NCBI GenBank assembly: GCA_965363875.1
Contig: CBDTTY010000002.1
Location: 1-40,695, forward strand
DNA from: an uncultured Anaerolineales bacterium
GTDB lineage: Bacteria; Chloroflexota; Anaerolineae; Anaerolineales; E44-bin32
Length of the DNA: 40,695 nucleotides
Reading direction: 5' to 3'
Under the pieces are notes generated by a model that did no database searches, was not told where the DNA came from, and saw only the letters and a program-made list of their open reading frames with translations. The position numbers were made by a program, and so were the translations under genes. The number at the start of each line of letters is the position of its first letter. Position 1 is the stretch's first letter. Of this stretch, positions 28,301-36,781 are shown in pieces.

Positions 28301-28796
28301 GTTTGTTGTCGATACAGGCAATAAACGGATCAAAGTCTTCGACAAAGAAGGGACCTTCGTCGCACAATTCGGCGGCCCTGGGTATCTTCCGGGATTATTG
28401 GACGAGCCGGTTGGCATTTCGATTGGAAGTGATGACCGGATATTCATCGCTGATACCTGGAATCAACGCATCCAGGTCTTCTCGGAAGTCTCCCCTGAAT
28501 CTTTCGACGCTGTACAAGAATGGAGTGTTGATGCCTGGTACGGTCAATCGCTGGATAACAAGCCATACCTGGATGCTGGCTCGGGAAACACATTGTGCAC
28601 CACCGACCCAGAGGGTTTCCGGGTGTTGTGTTTCACACAAGATGGTGAGTTCTTGCTTGGATGGGGGGGCGTATTCGGCCAGGATGAACACCAATTCAGC
28701 CTGATAAGCGGCATTGCGCTTGGATCTGACGGGGAAGTATGGGTTGTTGACAGTAATAATCACCGGGTAATGCGATTTGTCCCCGCGTTTCCTTAA
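25344..28796 (+). CDS. polytopic GT-C-like (PMT_2/ArnT-like, TIGR03663-like from memory) membrane protein fused to a six-repeat NHL beta-propeller
   Basis: The ATG at 25344 is preceded by GAGGGAGA; the track starts at a GTG at 25296. About 600 aa contain many hydrophobic helices and the early motif MSHDESLHT. The C-terminus carries six NHL-type repeats (LYVADTLNHRIQRF, IYVADTWNHRIQWF, VFVVDTGNKRIKVF, IFIADTWNQRIQVF, RVLCFTQDG, VWVVDSNNHRVMRF). Confidence 0.75.
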   Translation: MTEEAISSNEDQSWLDRTLKRNLRIDLEVALYILLLCVAVFSRFYDLDTRVMSHDESLHTQFSWYLAEGRGFSHDPLMHGTFQMHAVALSYFLFGASDAAARIPAALFGVIAVGLVLLFRKWLGRWGTLAATAMMVFSPYMLYYDRYVRNEAFVVSMALLMFYAVFRYFEKRESKWLYLLAASLALHFTTKETSFIYTAQLLVFLGGFFAMRMLRMPWKQASQKIGFAAGLIIAALGGILAMGTLLGGWASSGEISNALEPTIEGAASMSAGAAASSPLVAVGIVMAVSGLILMAVTLVLAFGKRLRTDFPELDLLVIVGTMTLPQLAALPANLLGWDPLDYTSSSPINQTMIVVVILFLISAAIGALWDWRRWLVAAGVFFGIFIVFYTTLFTNDDGLASGLVGSLGYWLEQHGVERGGQPWYYYLFVQIPIYEYLPAIGSIMAFVYWIRLRPDDRDPDPGGSSGGSFPVIGFLGFMTITSLIGYSFAGEKMPWLTVHIALPMILFGGWGIGQFLERINWQNLRNQRNWLILLLTFLMLIAILSALGGVLGGNPPFQGSQLDQLRATSGFVAAIVFAIGAAIAIRQLSDGLSLRIIASIGGVFLLGILLILTIRTGFRAAFVNYDDATEYLVYAHSATGVKTAMDQIEDLSLRTTDGLGIQVAFDDDVSWPLNWYLRDYSNQYFYGANPTRELLNYPVVLVGDNNWHLVEPLLADRFNSFEYIRMWWPNQDYWNLKWSAIDAERSRDQMPDSGPLPPMGTVEYLSLVWEHIKPFFTDSALRSAVWKIWLDRDFTEYGTWKGQDMSLARWTPSDRMRLYIRKDIAAQVWDYGVTPASFSPPTIEDPYADSIIELGADLIIGGEGLSPGEMFHPRDMAIGPDGTLYVADTLNHRIQRFNADGEVLTTWGGFGDSQAGGAEEGTFNEPWGLGVASNGNIYVADTWNHRIQWFSPDGVFLGAFGQEGLGDDPYSFWGPRDVAIDSQGRVFVVDTGNKRIKVFDKEGTFVAQFGGPGYLPGLLDEPVGISIGSDDRIFIADTWNQRIQVFSEVSPESFDAVQEWSVDAWYGQSLDNKPYLDAGSGNTLCTTDPEGFRVLCFTQDGEFLLGWGGVFGQDEHQFSLISGIALGSDGEVWVVDSNNHRVMRFVPAFP

Positions 28797-28861
28797 AAAT
28801 ACAAGGCCTGACCAGCAGAAACTTACATGGTATGAAAAGATTGTCAGAGTAAGGAGAGCGA

Positions 28862-30007
28862 ATGAAACTGCATGAATATCAATCGAAGCTATTGTTTGCT
28901 GAGCATGGTATTCCAATTCCCCATGGGCAGATGACGATGAACGCGTCTGAGGCGAAATCGATCGCCGAGGAGCTCGGCGGGAGAGTCGTCGTTAAGTCCC
29001 AGGTGCTCGTCGGAGGACGAGGGAAAGCGGGCGGCATCCGAGTGGTGAACACGCCTGAAGAAGCGGAGGAGGCTGCAACACAGATCCTAGGAATGAAGAT
29101 AAAAGACCTCCCGGTTCGGAAAATACTTATCGATGAGGCTGTCGACATTAAAACCGAGATATATCTCGGAATCACTAATGATCGCACCAGGCGCTGTCCG
29201 GTAATGATTGCTTCGGCTGAAGGTGGAGTAGAGATCGAAGAGGTTGCTAAAACGAATCCAGACAAGATCGTCCGAGTGTGGATCGACCCGCTGCTCGGGT
29301 TGCGGGATTACCAGGCGCGGTATCTCGCTGCCTGCACAGAAATGCCCCGAGAGCATTGGCGCGAATTCATGTCAATTACGAAGGGACTCTACCAGACATT
29401 TATAGAAACAGACGCAACTTTGGCGGAGATAAACCCTCTCGTGATCACAGGCGACAAGGGTTTGATGGCTTTAGATGGGAAGATGGTGCTTGATGACAAT
29501 GGCCTCTTCCTGCATCCTGAACTCGCCGAAATGCGCGACCTGGACGAAGAGGCCGCGGAGGAGCGAGAGGCGCGGAAATATGGGCTTTCCTACGTAAAGC
29601 TGGGTGGGGAAATTGGATGTATGGTCAATGGCGCCGGCTTGGCGATGGCAACGATGGATGTGATCAATCTTTATGGCGGCTCGCCTGCTAATTTCCTCGA
29701 TATTGGGGGTGGTGCATCCGCTGAGAAAGTAGCCGCGGCAATTCAAATCATCATACGAGATCCAAATGTGAAAGCGGTTCTCTTTAACATCTTCGGCGGG
29801 ATTACACGCGGTGATGAGGTGGCTCGGGGTATCCTGGCAGCGTTGGAGAAAACACCAACAAAACTTCCTATGGTTGTACGCTTGGTTGGAACGAATGCGG
29901 AAGAGGGTCGCCATCTGCTAGCAAAGGCAGACATGGAAACAGCTGTCTCGCTCGCAGATGCTGCCCAAAAGGCGATTGCAGCGGCTAAAGCGGTGGAGGA
30001 ATCATGA
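28862..30007 (+). CDS. sucC: succinyl-CoA synthetase beta subunit
   Basis: [57 protein letters not shown] lies upstream. Confidence 0.97.
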   Translation: MKLHEYQSKLLFAEHGIPIPHGQMTMNASEAKSIAEELGGRVVVKSQVLVGGRGKAGGIRVVNTPEEAEEAATQILGMKIKDLPVRKILIDEAVDIKTEIYLGITNDRTRRCPVMIASAEGGVEIEEVAKTNPDKIVRVWIDPLLGLRDYQARYLAACTEMPREHWREFMSITKGLYQTFIETDATLAEINPLVITGDKGLMALDGKMVLDDNGLFLHPELAEMRDLDEEAAEEREARKYGLSYVKLGGEIGCMVNGAGLAMATMDVINLYGGSPANFLDIGGGASAEKVAAAIQIIIRDPNVKAVLFNIFGGITRGDEVARGILAALEKTPTKLPMVVRLVGTNAEEGRHLLAKADMETAVSLADAAQKAIAAAKAVEES

Positions 30008-30867
30008 GTATTTTAGTCGATAAGAGTACAAAGCTGCTTGTCCAAGGGATTACCGGGAGAGAGGGTCTGTTCCACACTGCTCGAATGATTGAGCACGGTA
30101 CGAGTGTCGTCGCTGGCGTTACGCCCCAAAAGGGAGGGGAATGGGTGATGGGGGGGAAGGTTCCAGTTTTTGATACGGTGAAGGTGGCGGTTGAAGCTAC
30201 CGGAGCGAATACCAGCGTGATTTTTGTCCCCTCACGCTTTTCGGCGGATGCCATCCTGGAGGCTGCCGATGCGGGAATTCCTTTGATTGTGTGCATTACA
30301 GAAGGTATTCCGGTCCAGGATATGATGAAAGTAAGACGATACCTCGATCAAATGGGCGCCCGCTTGGTCGGACCGAATTGCCCGGGACTGCTTTCGCCAG
30401 GTACAGCGAAGGTCGGGATTATCCCTGGAGATATTGCCATAGCCGGCAATATTGGCGTCGTATCCAAATCGGGAACTCTAACATATGAAGTCCTGCATGC
30501 TCTAAAGCAGAACGAGATGGGAGTCTCAACTTGTGTTGGCATCGGCGGGGATCCAATCAACGGTACATCGTTTGTTGATACTTTGGAGTTGTTTGAGGCA
30601 GATCCTCACACAGAGAAGGTTGTTTTGATTGGGGAGATCGGCGGGAAAGATGAGGAGCTTGCTGCTGAATACATCCGCGACCATATGACGAAACAGGTCG
30701 TTGCCTTTATCGCCGGCAAGACCGCTCCGCCTGGAAAGCGAATGGGCCACGCAGGTGCAATTGTTGAGGGTGGAGAGGGAACCGCGGAAGATAAAATTAA
30801 GGCTTTGGCCGCTGCCGGGGTAATGACCGCGGACCAACCAGAAGAGATACCAAACTTACTTCAGTGA
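30004..30867 (+). CDS. sucD: succinyl-CoA synthetase alpha subunit
   Basis: [24 protein letters not shown], and MGHAGAIV with the phosphohistidine. Overlaps sucC by 4 nt. Confidence 0.97.
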   Translation: MSILVDKSTKLLVQGITGREGLFHTARMIEHGTSVVAGVTPQKGGEWVMGGKVPVFDTVKVAVEATGANTSVIFVPSRFSADAILEAADAGIPLIVCITEGIPVQDMMKVRRYLDQMGARLVGPNCPGLLSPGTAKVGIIPGDIAIAGNIGVVSKSGTLTYEVLHALKQNEMGVSTCVGIGGDPINGTSFVDTLELFEADPHTEKVVLIGEIGGKDEELAAEYIRDHMTKQVVAFIAGKTAPPGKRMGHAGAIVEGGEGTAEDKIKALAAAGVMTADQPEEIPNLLQ

Positions 30868-30997
30868 GAGATGGAGAATATTTTAAAAGGGGGATTTGAA
30901 AGGGTGAATGGGATTGACCCGTGAATCTTTGTTTCATGTATTCGTGGGTGAACAAACAGCATCGACGATATAAAATCGAGCGGAGGAAACACATCTG

Positions 30998-31978
30998 ATG
31001 GTTTCAAAACGTGAGCGGCTGGAGGCGGCGATAGCAAAAGACATAGCTGATCGTCCTCCGTTTGCTTTATGGCGACATTTTCCAGTTGACGATCAAACAC
31101 CTGATGGATTGGCTGAGTCCACTTCCCTTTATCAGGCGCGGTTTGACTATGATTTTGTTAAAGTCACTCCCGCTTCATCTTTCTGCTTGCTTGACTGGGG
31201 CGTCGAGGATGAGTGGAATGGAAATCCTGAGGGGACAAGGGATTACACTCGACGCGTGATCAAGGAGGCTTCGGATTGGCGGAAGCTCGAGGTGCTTGAA
31301 GCGGAGCAGGGGTGTCTCGGCAAGCAGTTGAAGTGTCTTGAGCTATTGCGCGAGAGACTCGGAGAAACTCAACCGATCATCCAAACGGTCTTTAGCCCTC
31401 TCTCACAAGCGAAAAACCTCGCTGGTCGGCAGGTATTGTTTGAACATCTCCACCGAGAGCCGGGAGAGGTGATCGCCGGGTTGGAGATCATCACACAATC
31501 CACAGTCAATTTTATTGAGGCTATGAAAGATCGGGGAGTGGATGGGATTTTTTACGCCATACAGTTTGGCTCCTATCGGATATTCGATTCTGAGAATTAT
31601 CGAAAGTTTGCTGATGTTTATAACCATCGGATTTTCGAAGCAGCGGAATTGTTTTGGCTTAATGTGCTCCATTTACATGGCGAAGCGATCATGTTCGATC
31701 TTGCGGAACAGTACCCCGTGCAGATCGTTAATTGGCATGATCGCGAGGTTTCGCCGAGCTTAGATGAGGGTGCGTCACGCATTTCTGGCGCAGTTTGCGG
31801 CGGCATTCGACGGATGACGATGGTTTGTGGTGCCCCGACTCAGGTCCAGGAGGAGGCTGAACAAGCTCTCAAGTCTCTGAATGGTCGGGGAGTCGTTCTT
31901 GGCACCGGCTGCGTCGTCCCCGTACACGCACCACGAATGAATATTGAAGCCGCTCGTACCGCAGTGGAATGCGCATAG
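30998..31978 (+). CDS. uroporphyrinogen-decarboxylase-family (URO-D/MtaA-like) protein
   Basis: 326 aa. RERLEAAIAKDIADRPPFALWRHFP...DFVKVTP...GVDGIFYA...LHLHGE...VNWHD resembles URO-D-like proteins from memory. GGAGG lies upstream. Confidence 0.55.
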   Translation: MVSKRERLEAAIAKDIADRPPFALWRHFPVDDQTPDGLAESTSLYQARFDYDFVKVTPASSFCLLDWGVEDEWNGNPEGTRDYTRRVIKEASDWRKLEVLEAEQGCLGKQLKCLELLRERLGETQPIIQTVFSPLSQAKNLAGRQVLFEHLHREPGEVIAGLEIITQSTVNFIEAMKDRGVDGIFYAIQFGSYRIFDSENYRKFADVYNHRIFEAAELFWLNVLHLHGEAIMFDLAEQYPVQIVNWHDREVSPSLDEGASRISGAVCGGIRRMTMVCGAPTQVQEEAEQALKSLNGRGVVLGTGCVVPVHAPRMNIEAARTAVECA

Positions 31979-32017
31979 CCATCCAGCTGAAAGAATAATG
32001 CTCATGTTGAGACGATA

Positions 32018-32584
32018 ATGGCAGGAATCAGGGTGATCGCTGGCAAAGCGAAAGGGCGAAAGCTGCAAATGGTCCCAGGTCAAGATGTTCGACCTATCGG
32101 GGATCGTGTAAAAGAGTCACTATTCAATATCATTGGCGCTGATATCCGCGAGGCGAGGTTCTTAGATTTATTCGCTGGTACGGGAAGTGTTGGGATTGAA
32201 GCGCTAAGCAGAGGCGCAGCTCGGGTTCTTTTTATCGATGAGAACAGAAGGGCGATTGAAACAATCCGGATAAACCTCGAACACACGAAACTGCAGGATG
32301 AGGCGGATGTAGAGCAGCGTGACGCTTTCCAATTGCTAAAGTACAAGCCTAAGATAGATCCGTTTGATTATATCTATGTTGCACCACCGCAATACAAAGG
32401 GATGTGGCTTAAAGGGGTTCAAGCGATAGACAACAAGGTGGCATGGTTGAATCCAGATGCATGGGTCATCGCACAAATTGATCCAGATGAATACGAAGAA
32501 ATGAACCTAAGCTATTTAATTGAATTTGACCAACGTCGGTATGGTAAAACTTTACTTGTATTTTATGAATGGCCCAGTGTGTAA
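32018..32584 (+). CDS. rsmD: 16S rRNA (guanine966-N2)-methyltransferase RsmD family
   Basis: RVIAGKAKGRKLQMVPGQDVRPIGDRVKESLFNII, SAM motif FLDLFAGTGSVGIEALSRGA. Motif IV reads VAPPQY rather than DPPY/F. Confidence 0.8.
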   Translation: MAGIRVIAGKAKGRKLQMVPGQDVRPIGDRVKESLFNIIGADIREARFLDLFAGTGSVGIEALSRGAARVLFIDENRRAIETIRINLEHTKLQDEADVEQRDAFQLLKYKPKIDPFDYIYVAPPQYKGMWLKGVQAIDNKVAWLNPDAWVIAQIDPDEYEEMNLSYLIEFDQRRYGKTLLVFYEWPSV

Positions 32585-32712
32585 AATTTTGCGAGGGTGT
32601 TCATGATTGAACTATGGGCGGTCTTTATGATCGCCCTTTATTATTCTACCAGTGGCCATAATGGCGAAGCCGAAGATGCCATATTGCGGGAATTTAGGAG
32701 TATATGCGCTTT

Positions 32713-33222
32713 TCACGGGTTGAAGTGGATATTTGGACTCCCATCTTCATCGAACGTGGTCACGGCGCAAAAGGATTGTTTATTGTAATAGCTTTTGATA
32801 GCTCGAGGCAGGAGTGCAGGCAAATCCTTCACTAATGTCTGTTTCTCAAAGTCGTCCAAGTCGATCCATTCTGGCATTCCTTCGCGGGAACTGTGGGTCT
32901 CCGAAGTTTCGGTTACGCCAACAAAGATGTACAAACCGACACCTGGGGATGTCCCAACATCTACAGTGACTACACCAGAAAGATAGAGAGAAGAAGGGGA
33001 TAGGATCAACCCAGTCTCCTCTTTGATCTCGCGTAGAGCTGCGCTCCGTGGATCTTCGCCCCGCTCAACATGACCCCCAATTCCATTCAATAGGCCAGAC
33101 CAGGGACCACGGTCCTCGGCAATCCGGATGAGAAGGACTTTCTCCTGGTGCAGAAGGAAGGATAGGCAGCGAGGCACAACTGAATATCTCTCCGCTTGAA
33201 CCTGCTGGCCCGGGAGCGACAT
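32713..33222 (-). CDS. NUDIX hydrolase
   Basis: Nudix box GGHVERGEDPRSAALREIKEETGL. The gene starts 18 nt downstream of the aldolase gene on the same strand. Confidence 0.85.
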   Translation of the reverse strand: MSLPGQQVQAERYSVVPRCLSFLLHQEKVLLIRIAEDRGPWSGLLNGIGGHVERGEDPRSAALREIKEETGLILSPSSLYLSGVVTVDVGTSPGVGLYIFVGVTETSETHSSREGMPEWIDLDDFEKQTLVKDLPALLPRAIKSYYNKQSFCAVTTFDEDGSPNIHFNP

Positions 33223-33240
33223 TAGGAACTCTTTTTCGCC

Positions 33241-34665
33241 TTAGTCATCCAGGTCGCTAACATCTCCTACACCACCACTATCGGCGAGGTAAGTTTCGAG
33301 GCTGGGTGGAATTGGAACTACCTTGGTAAATCTCTGGACCAATTCACGCGTTCCACCAATATTCAGTCGTTCAAAGAGGAGTTTGAACTGCGTCTCCCAC
33401 TTCTTCTCGATCGTGCGGATCGTGCTTTCGGGCAAGTCCCAGAACGCTTCCTTAAAAGGGCCAATGGCTCGTTTGCGCGTCTTGTAATAGAACTGATCGT
33501 CGGTTTGACCTTCCTTGCGTTCGTTACCGTGATTATCGCGGAGGTAGGCGAAGACTTCCTCAAGAAGATCAGAGGGGAGTTCATCGTAAAAAATATTTTG
33601 GAAGCCTGTAGCCAGATGGACTTCAAGCGCGTTCGCCTCGGCGAAACGGGTGAAGGCTTCCTCTGGTAATGTGGAAGCACCGTGCTGGACCGCGCCGCCC
33701 ATCCCATATTCCTTGGAGATGGCTGATAGGTGCTTCAATGTATCGAAATCCAAACTAACTTCTGCGATGGACCCATCAGGTAAGACAACACCGCCATGGG
33801 AAGTGCCGGTCTGGATGCTGATCTTGGAGAGTCCCGGAGCGGCTGGGAGTCTTGCTTCCAGCTCTTTGTTGAAACCCTCCATGAAGGCTCGCAGTTCGGG
33901 TTCTGTGCTATTCACTCCGCCGACCTCGCCGATCTCACCACCCAGAGATATCGTCACGCCTTCCGGGTCTAACCTGCGAATACCAGCTGCGAGTTCAGCG
34001 CAGCGGGAATAGTTGATTTCTTGCTGCTCTGGAATCGTTTCTTTACTCAGATCTACAAGAGTCGAGGTATCGATGTCGATGTTGAAGAAACCGGCCGCGA
34101 TTGAATCCCGCGATAGTGCAAGAATTGCATCGATCTCTGAGTTCGGGTCTTTAGCATACTTGCTTGCGCTCACTTGAAAGTGATCCCCCTGGATGAAAAC
34201 CGGACCCTCATAACCTTCGGCGATCGCAGCGGCGAGGATGTTGGCCGTATACTCCTCCGGCCGCTGGTCAGTGTAGCCCATCTCGGAGCGCGCGATTTCA
34301 AAGATCAGCGCACATGAGTCAGTCGCTACAGCGGATTTAAAGACGGTTCTTGCAGCATTGAAGGGCAGGGCGCGCAGGTTGATCGCCGGGACGGTGAAAT
34401 CATCCGGAGTCTTGCCTTGGCCGCGTGCCAGATAAAAGTCATGAATAGATGCAGGGATTGCACCCATCTCGAGGGCACATGCCCGAATGAGCCACTGAGC
34501 AAGCGCCTTCTCACGCGGATTACCTATCGCTGCCGTTCGAACAATTTTGTCGATATTGTCTGCAACAACTTTGGAATCCCTTACTGATACAACGGGGCCC
34601 TTGCCAATACGAATAGAATCACCGAGCGGTTTTGCGACTCGCAGCAATTCGTCAATTAAAGCCAT
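33241..34665 (-). CDS. fba: class-II fructose/ketose-bisphosphate aldolase family protein (long form, 474 aa)
   Basis: VPAINLR, IQGDHFQ, FNIDIDTS, IQTGTSHGG and AVQHGASTLPEE match class-II aldolase zinc and substrate motifs. The protein is longer than typical class-II enzymes because of a C-terminal helical extension. Confidence 0.7.
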   Translation of the reverse strand: MALIDELLRVAKPLGDSIRIGKGPVVSVRDSKVVADNIDKIVRTAAIGNPREKALAQWLIRACALEMGAIPASIHDFYLARGQGKTPDDFTVPAINLRALPFNAARTVFKSAVATDSCALIFEIARSEMGYTDQRPEEYTANILAAAIAEGYEGPVFIQGDHFQVSASKYAKDPNSEIDAILALSRDSIAAGFFNIDIDTSTLVDLSKETIPEQQEINYSRCAELAAGIRRLDPEGVTISLGGEIGEVGGVNSTEPELRAFMEGFNKELEARLPAAPGLSKISIQTGTSHGGVVLPDGSIAEVSLDFDTLKHLSAISKEYGMGGAVQHGASTLPEEAFTRFAEANALEVHLATGFQNIFYDELPSDLLEEVFAYLRDNHGNERKEGQTDDQFYYKTRKRAIGPFKEAFWDLPESTIRTIEKKWETQFKLLFERLNIGGTRELVQRFTKVVPIPPSLETYLADSGGVGDVSDLDD

Positions 34666-34769
34666 TGAGTTCCCTTCCTTTCAATTCGATGCATGGTTAC
34701 TCTGTATGAATTATACTTGTTTCACAGCATAGCGGAGGCGTCATTGTCAGCATTTCGTCAGTCAGCTGT

Positions 34770-34799
34770 TTGTGATAAGTGTGGCAATGAATATATAAT
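34770..34799 (+). promoter_or_regulatory. putative promoter TTGTGA-N18-TATAAT upstream of the coiled-coil/SPFH gene pair
   Basis: TTGTGA at 34770-34775 and TATAAT at 34794-34799. The GGAGTGAGGAG RBS region precedes the ATG at 34848. Confidence 0.35.
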
Positions 34800-34847
34800 C
34801 TACCCAGATTGGTGTATCTTTAGAACATATGGAGTGAGGAGAAAATT

Positions 34848-35387
34848 ATGAACGATCCCCTTGATAAAATCACCGCGGGTGATAATCTTTTTGGTAAGAT
34901 TAAGAACTTCCTGGCCGGTTTTGTTGGATATGTTGATCGAGATAATCGGAGGGAAGCGGATAAATTGCTGCGACTGACCGTGGCTCAGCGTTTAGAAGAG
35001 CAGTGGGAGCGAATAGCAGAGCTTCAGCGACGGTTGATTAAAGAGAAACAACTCGAACAAGTCGATGACTTAGAAGAAGCGGCGATTAAGCTGCGTGCTG
35101 TTGTGAATCGGATTAGGAACGCGTCCTATGGTTATTCAGGGCTTTTTGATGCCGTCCAGATAAACAGCAAGGAACTAGAGCTAATCTATGAATATGATGT
35201 TGCTCTGCTTGAGGGAGTCGACCAAATCTCCAATGCTATCGACAACCTCAGTGCTTCATTCGGGACGGATGGCTTCCCGGCTGCCATTAGGCACCTGGTG
35301 ACTCTCAGCGATGAGATGGTCGTTGCCTTTGACCGCAGAGAGGAAGTAATCTTAGCCACTGTCGACTCAACCGGAAGTGAGGAGTAA
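34848..35387 (+). CDS. hypothetical coiled-coil protein with N-terminal amphipathic helix
   Basis: 179 aa. LFGKIKNFLAGFVGYV is followed by heptad-like charged helices (QRLEEQWERIAELQRRLIKEKQLEQVDDLEEAAIKLRAV). The next gene starts 5 nt after its stop. Confidence 0.6.
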   Translation: MNDPLDKITAGDNLFGKIKNFLAGFVGYVDRDNRREADKLLRLTVAQRLEEQWERIAELQRRLIKEKQLEQVDDLEEAAIKLRAVVNRIRNASYGYSGLFDAVQINSKELELIYEYDVALLEGVDQISNAIDNLSASFGTDGFPAAIRHLVTLSDEMVVAFDRREEVILATVDSTGSEE

Positions 35388-35392
35388 AGAAG

Positions 35393-36433
35393 ATGGCTCG
35401 AATATTTGATGTTATCGAATACCCAAGCGAGATGGAAGGTGAGATCGTTCATCGATTCCCGGAAGATACTGCCGGGGATTTTCGCATCGGCAGTCAGGTC
35501 ATTGTACGCGAATCTCAAATGGCGGTATTTTACCGAGACGGGAAGGCGCTCGACACTTTCGGTCCGGGCCGTCATACGATTGCGACAGCGAACATTCCCT
35601 TGTTGATCGACCTGATCGGCAAGGCTTTTAACGATCGTTCGCCGTTCACGGCTGAAGTGTACTTTGTATCGACACGTGAATTCGCGGATGAGAAATGGGG
35701 AACCCCCCAGCCAATTCTGGTGCGAAATCCCGGTATGGGGCTCGGCGTAGCACTGCTGCAGGGGTTTGGAACTTACAGTTACAAAGTTGCGGACCCTCAG
35801 CAGTTTGTAGCTCAAATCGTTGGTGTAACGGGAATCTTTACCACAAAAGATATCGAAGCACGGTTGCGCGCAATGCTGCTCTCCAAGCTTCAAGATCTCC
35901 TTGGTGAGACGGCGTCAGAGACGAGTGTTCCTGAACTCATCGGACTGGTCGAGGAACTCGGTGTTGGTGTCAAAGCCAAAACGATAGATGAGTTTAAAGC
36001 CATCGGATTGTCTCTGCTGTCCTTCTATATTGAGAGCTTGAAACCATCCGAAAGATCCGCAGAAGAGTTGCGAGCAATGGGCATGCTCGACATGGAAACT
36101 TACACACAGCTTCAAGCTGCAGATGCGATGCGCGATGCTGCGCAAAATCCATCTGGTGGTGCTGGTCTCACGGCTGGAATCGGGGCGGGGATGGGCATCG
36201 GCAGCGCGATTACAGATAGCCTTAAGAAATCAGGTGGTGAGTCAGGTGCAGATGTGCCCGCCGGAGCGTCTGGGCCGCCGCCGGTGATGACTCCTTCCGA
36301 AGCTGCCGCGTATTTGAAAGTAGCTGAGGAAGACGTGGTCGCTGCGATTGAAGCTGGAGATATTAATGCTAAGAAGATCGGTAAAGCTTACCGGATTTCG
36401 AAAGAAGCCCTGGACGAGTTTCTAAGCAGCTAG
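35393..36433 (+). CDS. SPFH/Band-7 (COG4260 YdjI-like) protein with Gly/Ala-rich linker and C-terminal excisionase-type HTH
   Basis: IVRESQMAVFYRDGKALDTFGPGRHTIATANIPLL...SPFTAEVYFVSTREFADEKWGTPQPILVRNP...GFGTYSYKVADPQQFVAQIVG matches the Band_7_1-type SPFH pattern from memory. The C-terminus MTPSEAAAYLKVAEEDVVAAIEAGDINAKKIGKAYRISKEALDEFL looks like an HTH_17/excisionase helix-turn-helix. Confidence 0.75.
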   Translation: MARIFDVIEYPSEMEGEIVHRFPEDTAGDFRIGSQVIVRESQMAVFYRDGKALDTFGPGRHTIATANIPLLIDLIGKAFNDRSPFTAEVYFVSTREFADEKWGTPQPILVRNPGMGLGVALLQGFGTYSYKVADPQQFVAQIVGVTGIFTTKDIEARLRAMLLSKLQDLLGETASETSVPELIGLVEELGVGVKAKTIDEFKAIGLSLLSFYIESLKPSERSAEELRAMGMLDMETYTQLQAADAMRDAAQNPSGGAGLTAGIGAGMGIGSAITDSLKKSGGESGADVPAGASGPPPVMTPSEAAAYLKVAEEDVVAAIEAGDINAKKIGKAYRISKEALDEFLSS

Positions 36434-36464
36434 ATTGCCGAGAATATCAAAGCATAGCTAGAAC

Positions 36465-36499
36465 AAGGGGCTGCTCTAAAAGAGCAGCCCCTTTGTTTT
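36465..36499 (+). terminator. rho-independent terminator of the SPFH gene
   Basis: AAGGGGCTGCTCT-AAA-AGAGCAGCCCCTT forms a 13-bp stem followed by TGTTTT. Confidence 0.8.
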
Positions 36500-36587
36500 A
36501 ATATAAGGGTGCATCCTGAAACCTGTTTTGGCCCTGGCGAGGTGTAAGCACGGAGCTCATTATGGTTGGGGACGAATCCTCCTTCGT

Positions 36588-36620
36588 GTCATTTCGAGGA
36601 GCAAAGCGACGAGAAAATCC
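36588..36620 (+). repeat. hairpin-repeat element copy 1 (direct)
   Basis: GTCATTTCGAGGAGCAAAGCGACGAGAAAATCC. It matches copy 3 at 23 of the first 25 nt, and its ends are the inverse complement of copy 2. Confidence 0.7.
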
Positions 36621-36706
36621 TGATGCGACACAATACCTCGAGCGAGAATCTCAGAAAGGGGAATCCTTTCGATTCCAGAGATGGAGCTATCGAGAGCAAC
36701 ATCACA

Positions 36707-36733
36707 GGGATTTCTCGTTTCGCTCGAAATGAC
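36707..36733 (-). repeat. hairpin-repeat element copy 2 (inverted, shorter)
   Basis: The reverse complement GTCATTTCGAGCGAAACGAGAAATCCC shares GTCATTTCGAG and CGAGAAATCC with copy 1. Confidence 0.65.
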
Positions 36734-36748
36734 ATGTTCCTGGCCAGG

Positions 36749-36781
36749 GTCATTTTGAGGAGCAGAGCGACGAAGAATCTC
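36749..36781 (+). repeat. hairpin-repeat element copy 3 (direct)
   Basis: GTCATTTTGAGGAGCAGAGCGACGAAGAATCTC. Its 3' part ATCTCGTTC pairs with GAACGAGAT at 36813-36821. Confidence 0.7.

Noticed and set aside
30868-30997. Cobalamin riboswitch upstream of the URO-D/MtaA-like gene (AAAAGGGGG...GGGTGAATGGGA resembles the 5' part).
   Set aside because: The region is only 130 nt and lacks a B12 box (AGCCAGGAGACCTGCC-like). I kept it only as a generic structured leader.
32597-32788. 63-aa ORF (the ATG at 32603 has GAGGG 5 nt upstream; hydrophobic N-terminus) between rsmD and the NUDIX gene.
   Set aside because: It overlaps the NUDIX 3' end by 76 nt on the opposite strand and has an odd composition. 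It cannot be excluded as a small membrane protein, but the support is too weak to call.
36588-36781. Possibility that the repeat cluster is a small CRISPR array.
   Set aside because: There are only three copies, one of them inverted. Lengths are unequal (27-33 nt), spacing is irregular (86 and 15 nt), and there are no cas genes in the window.
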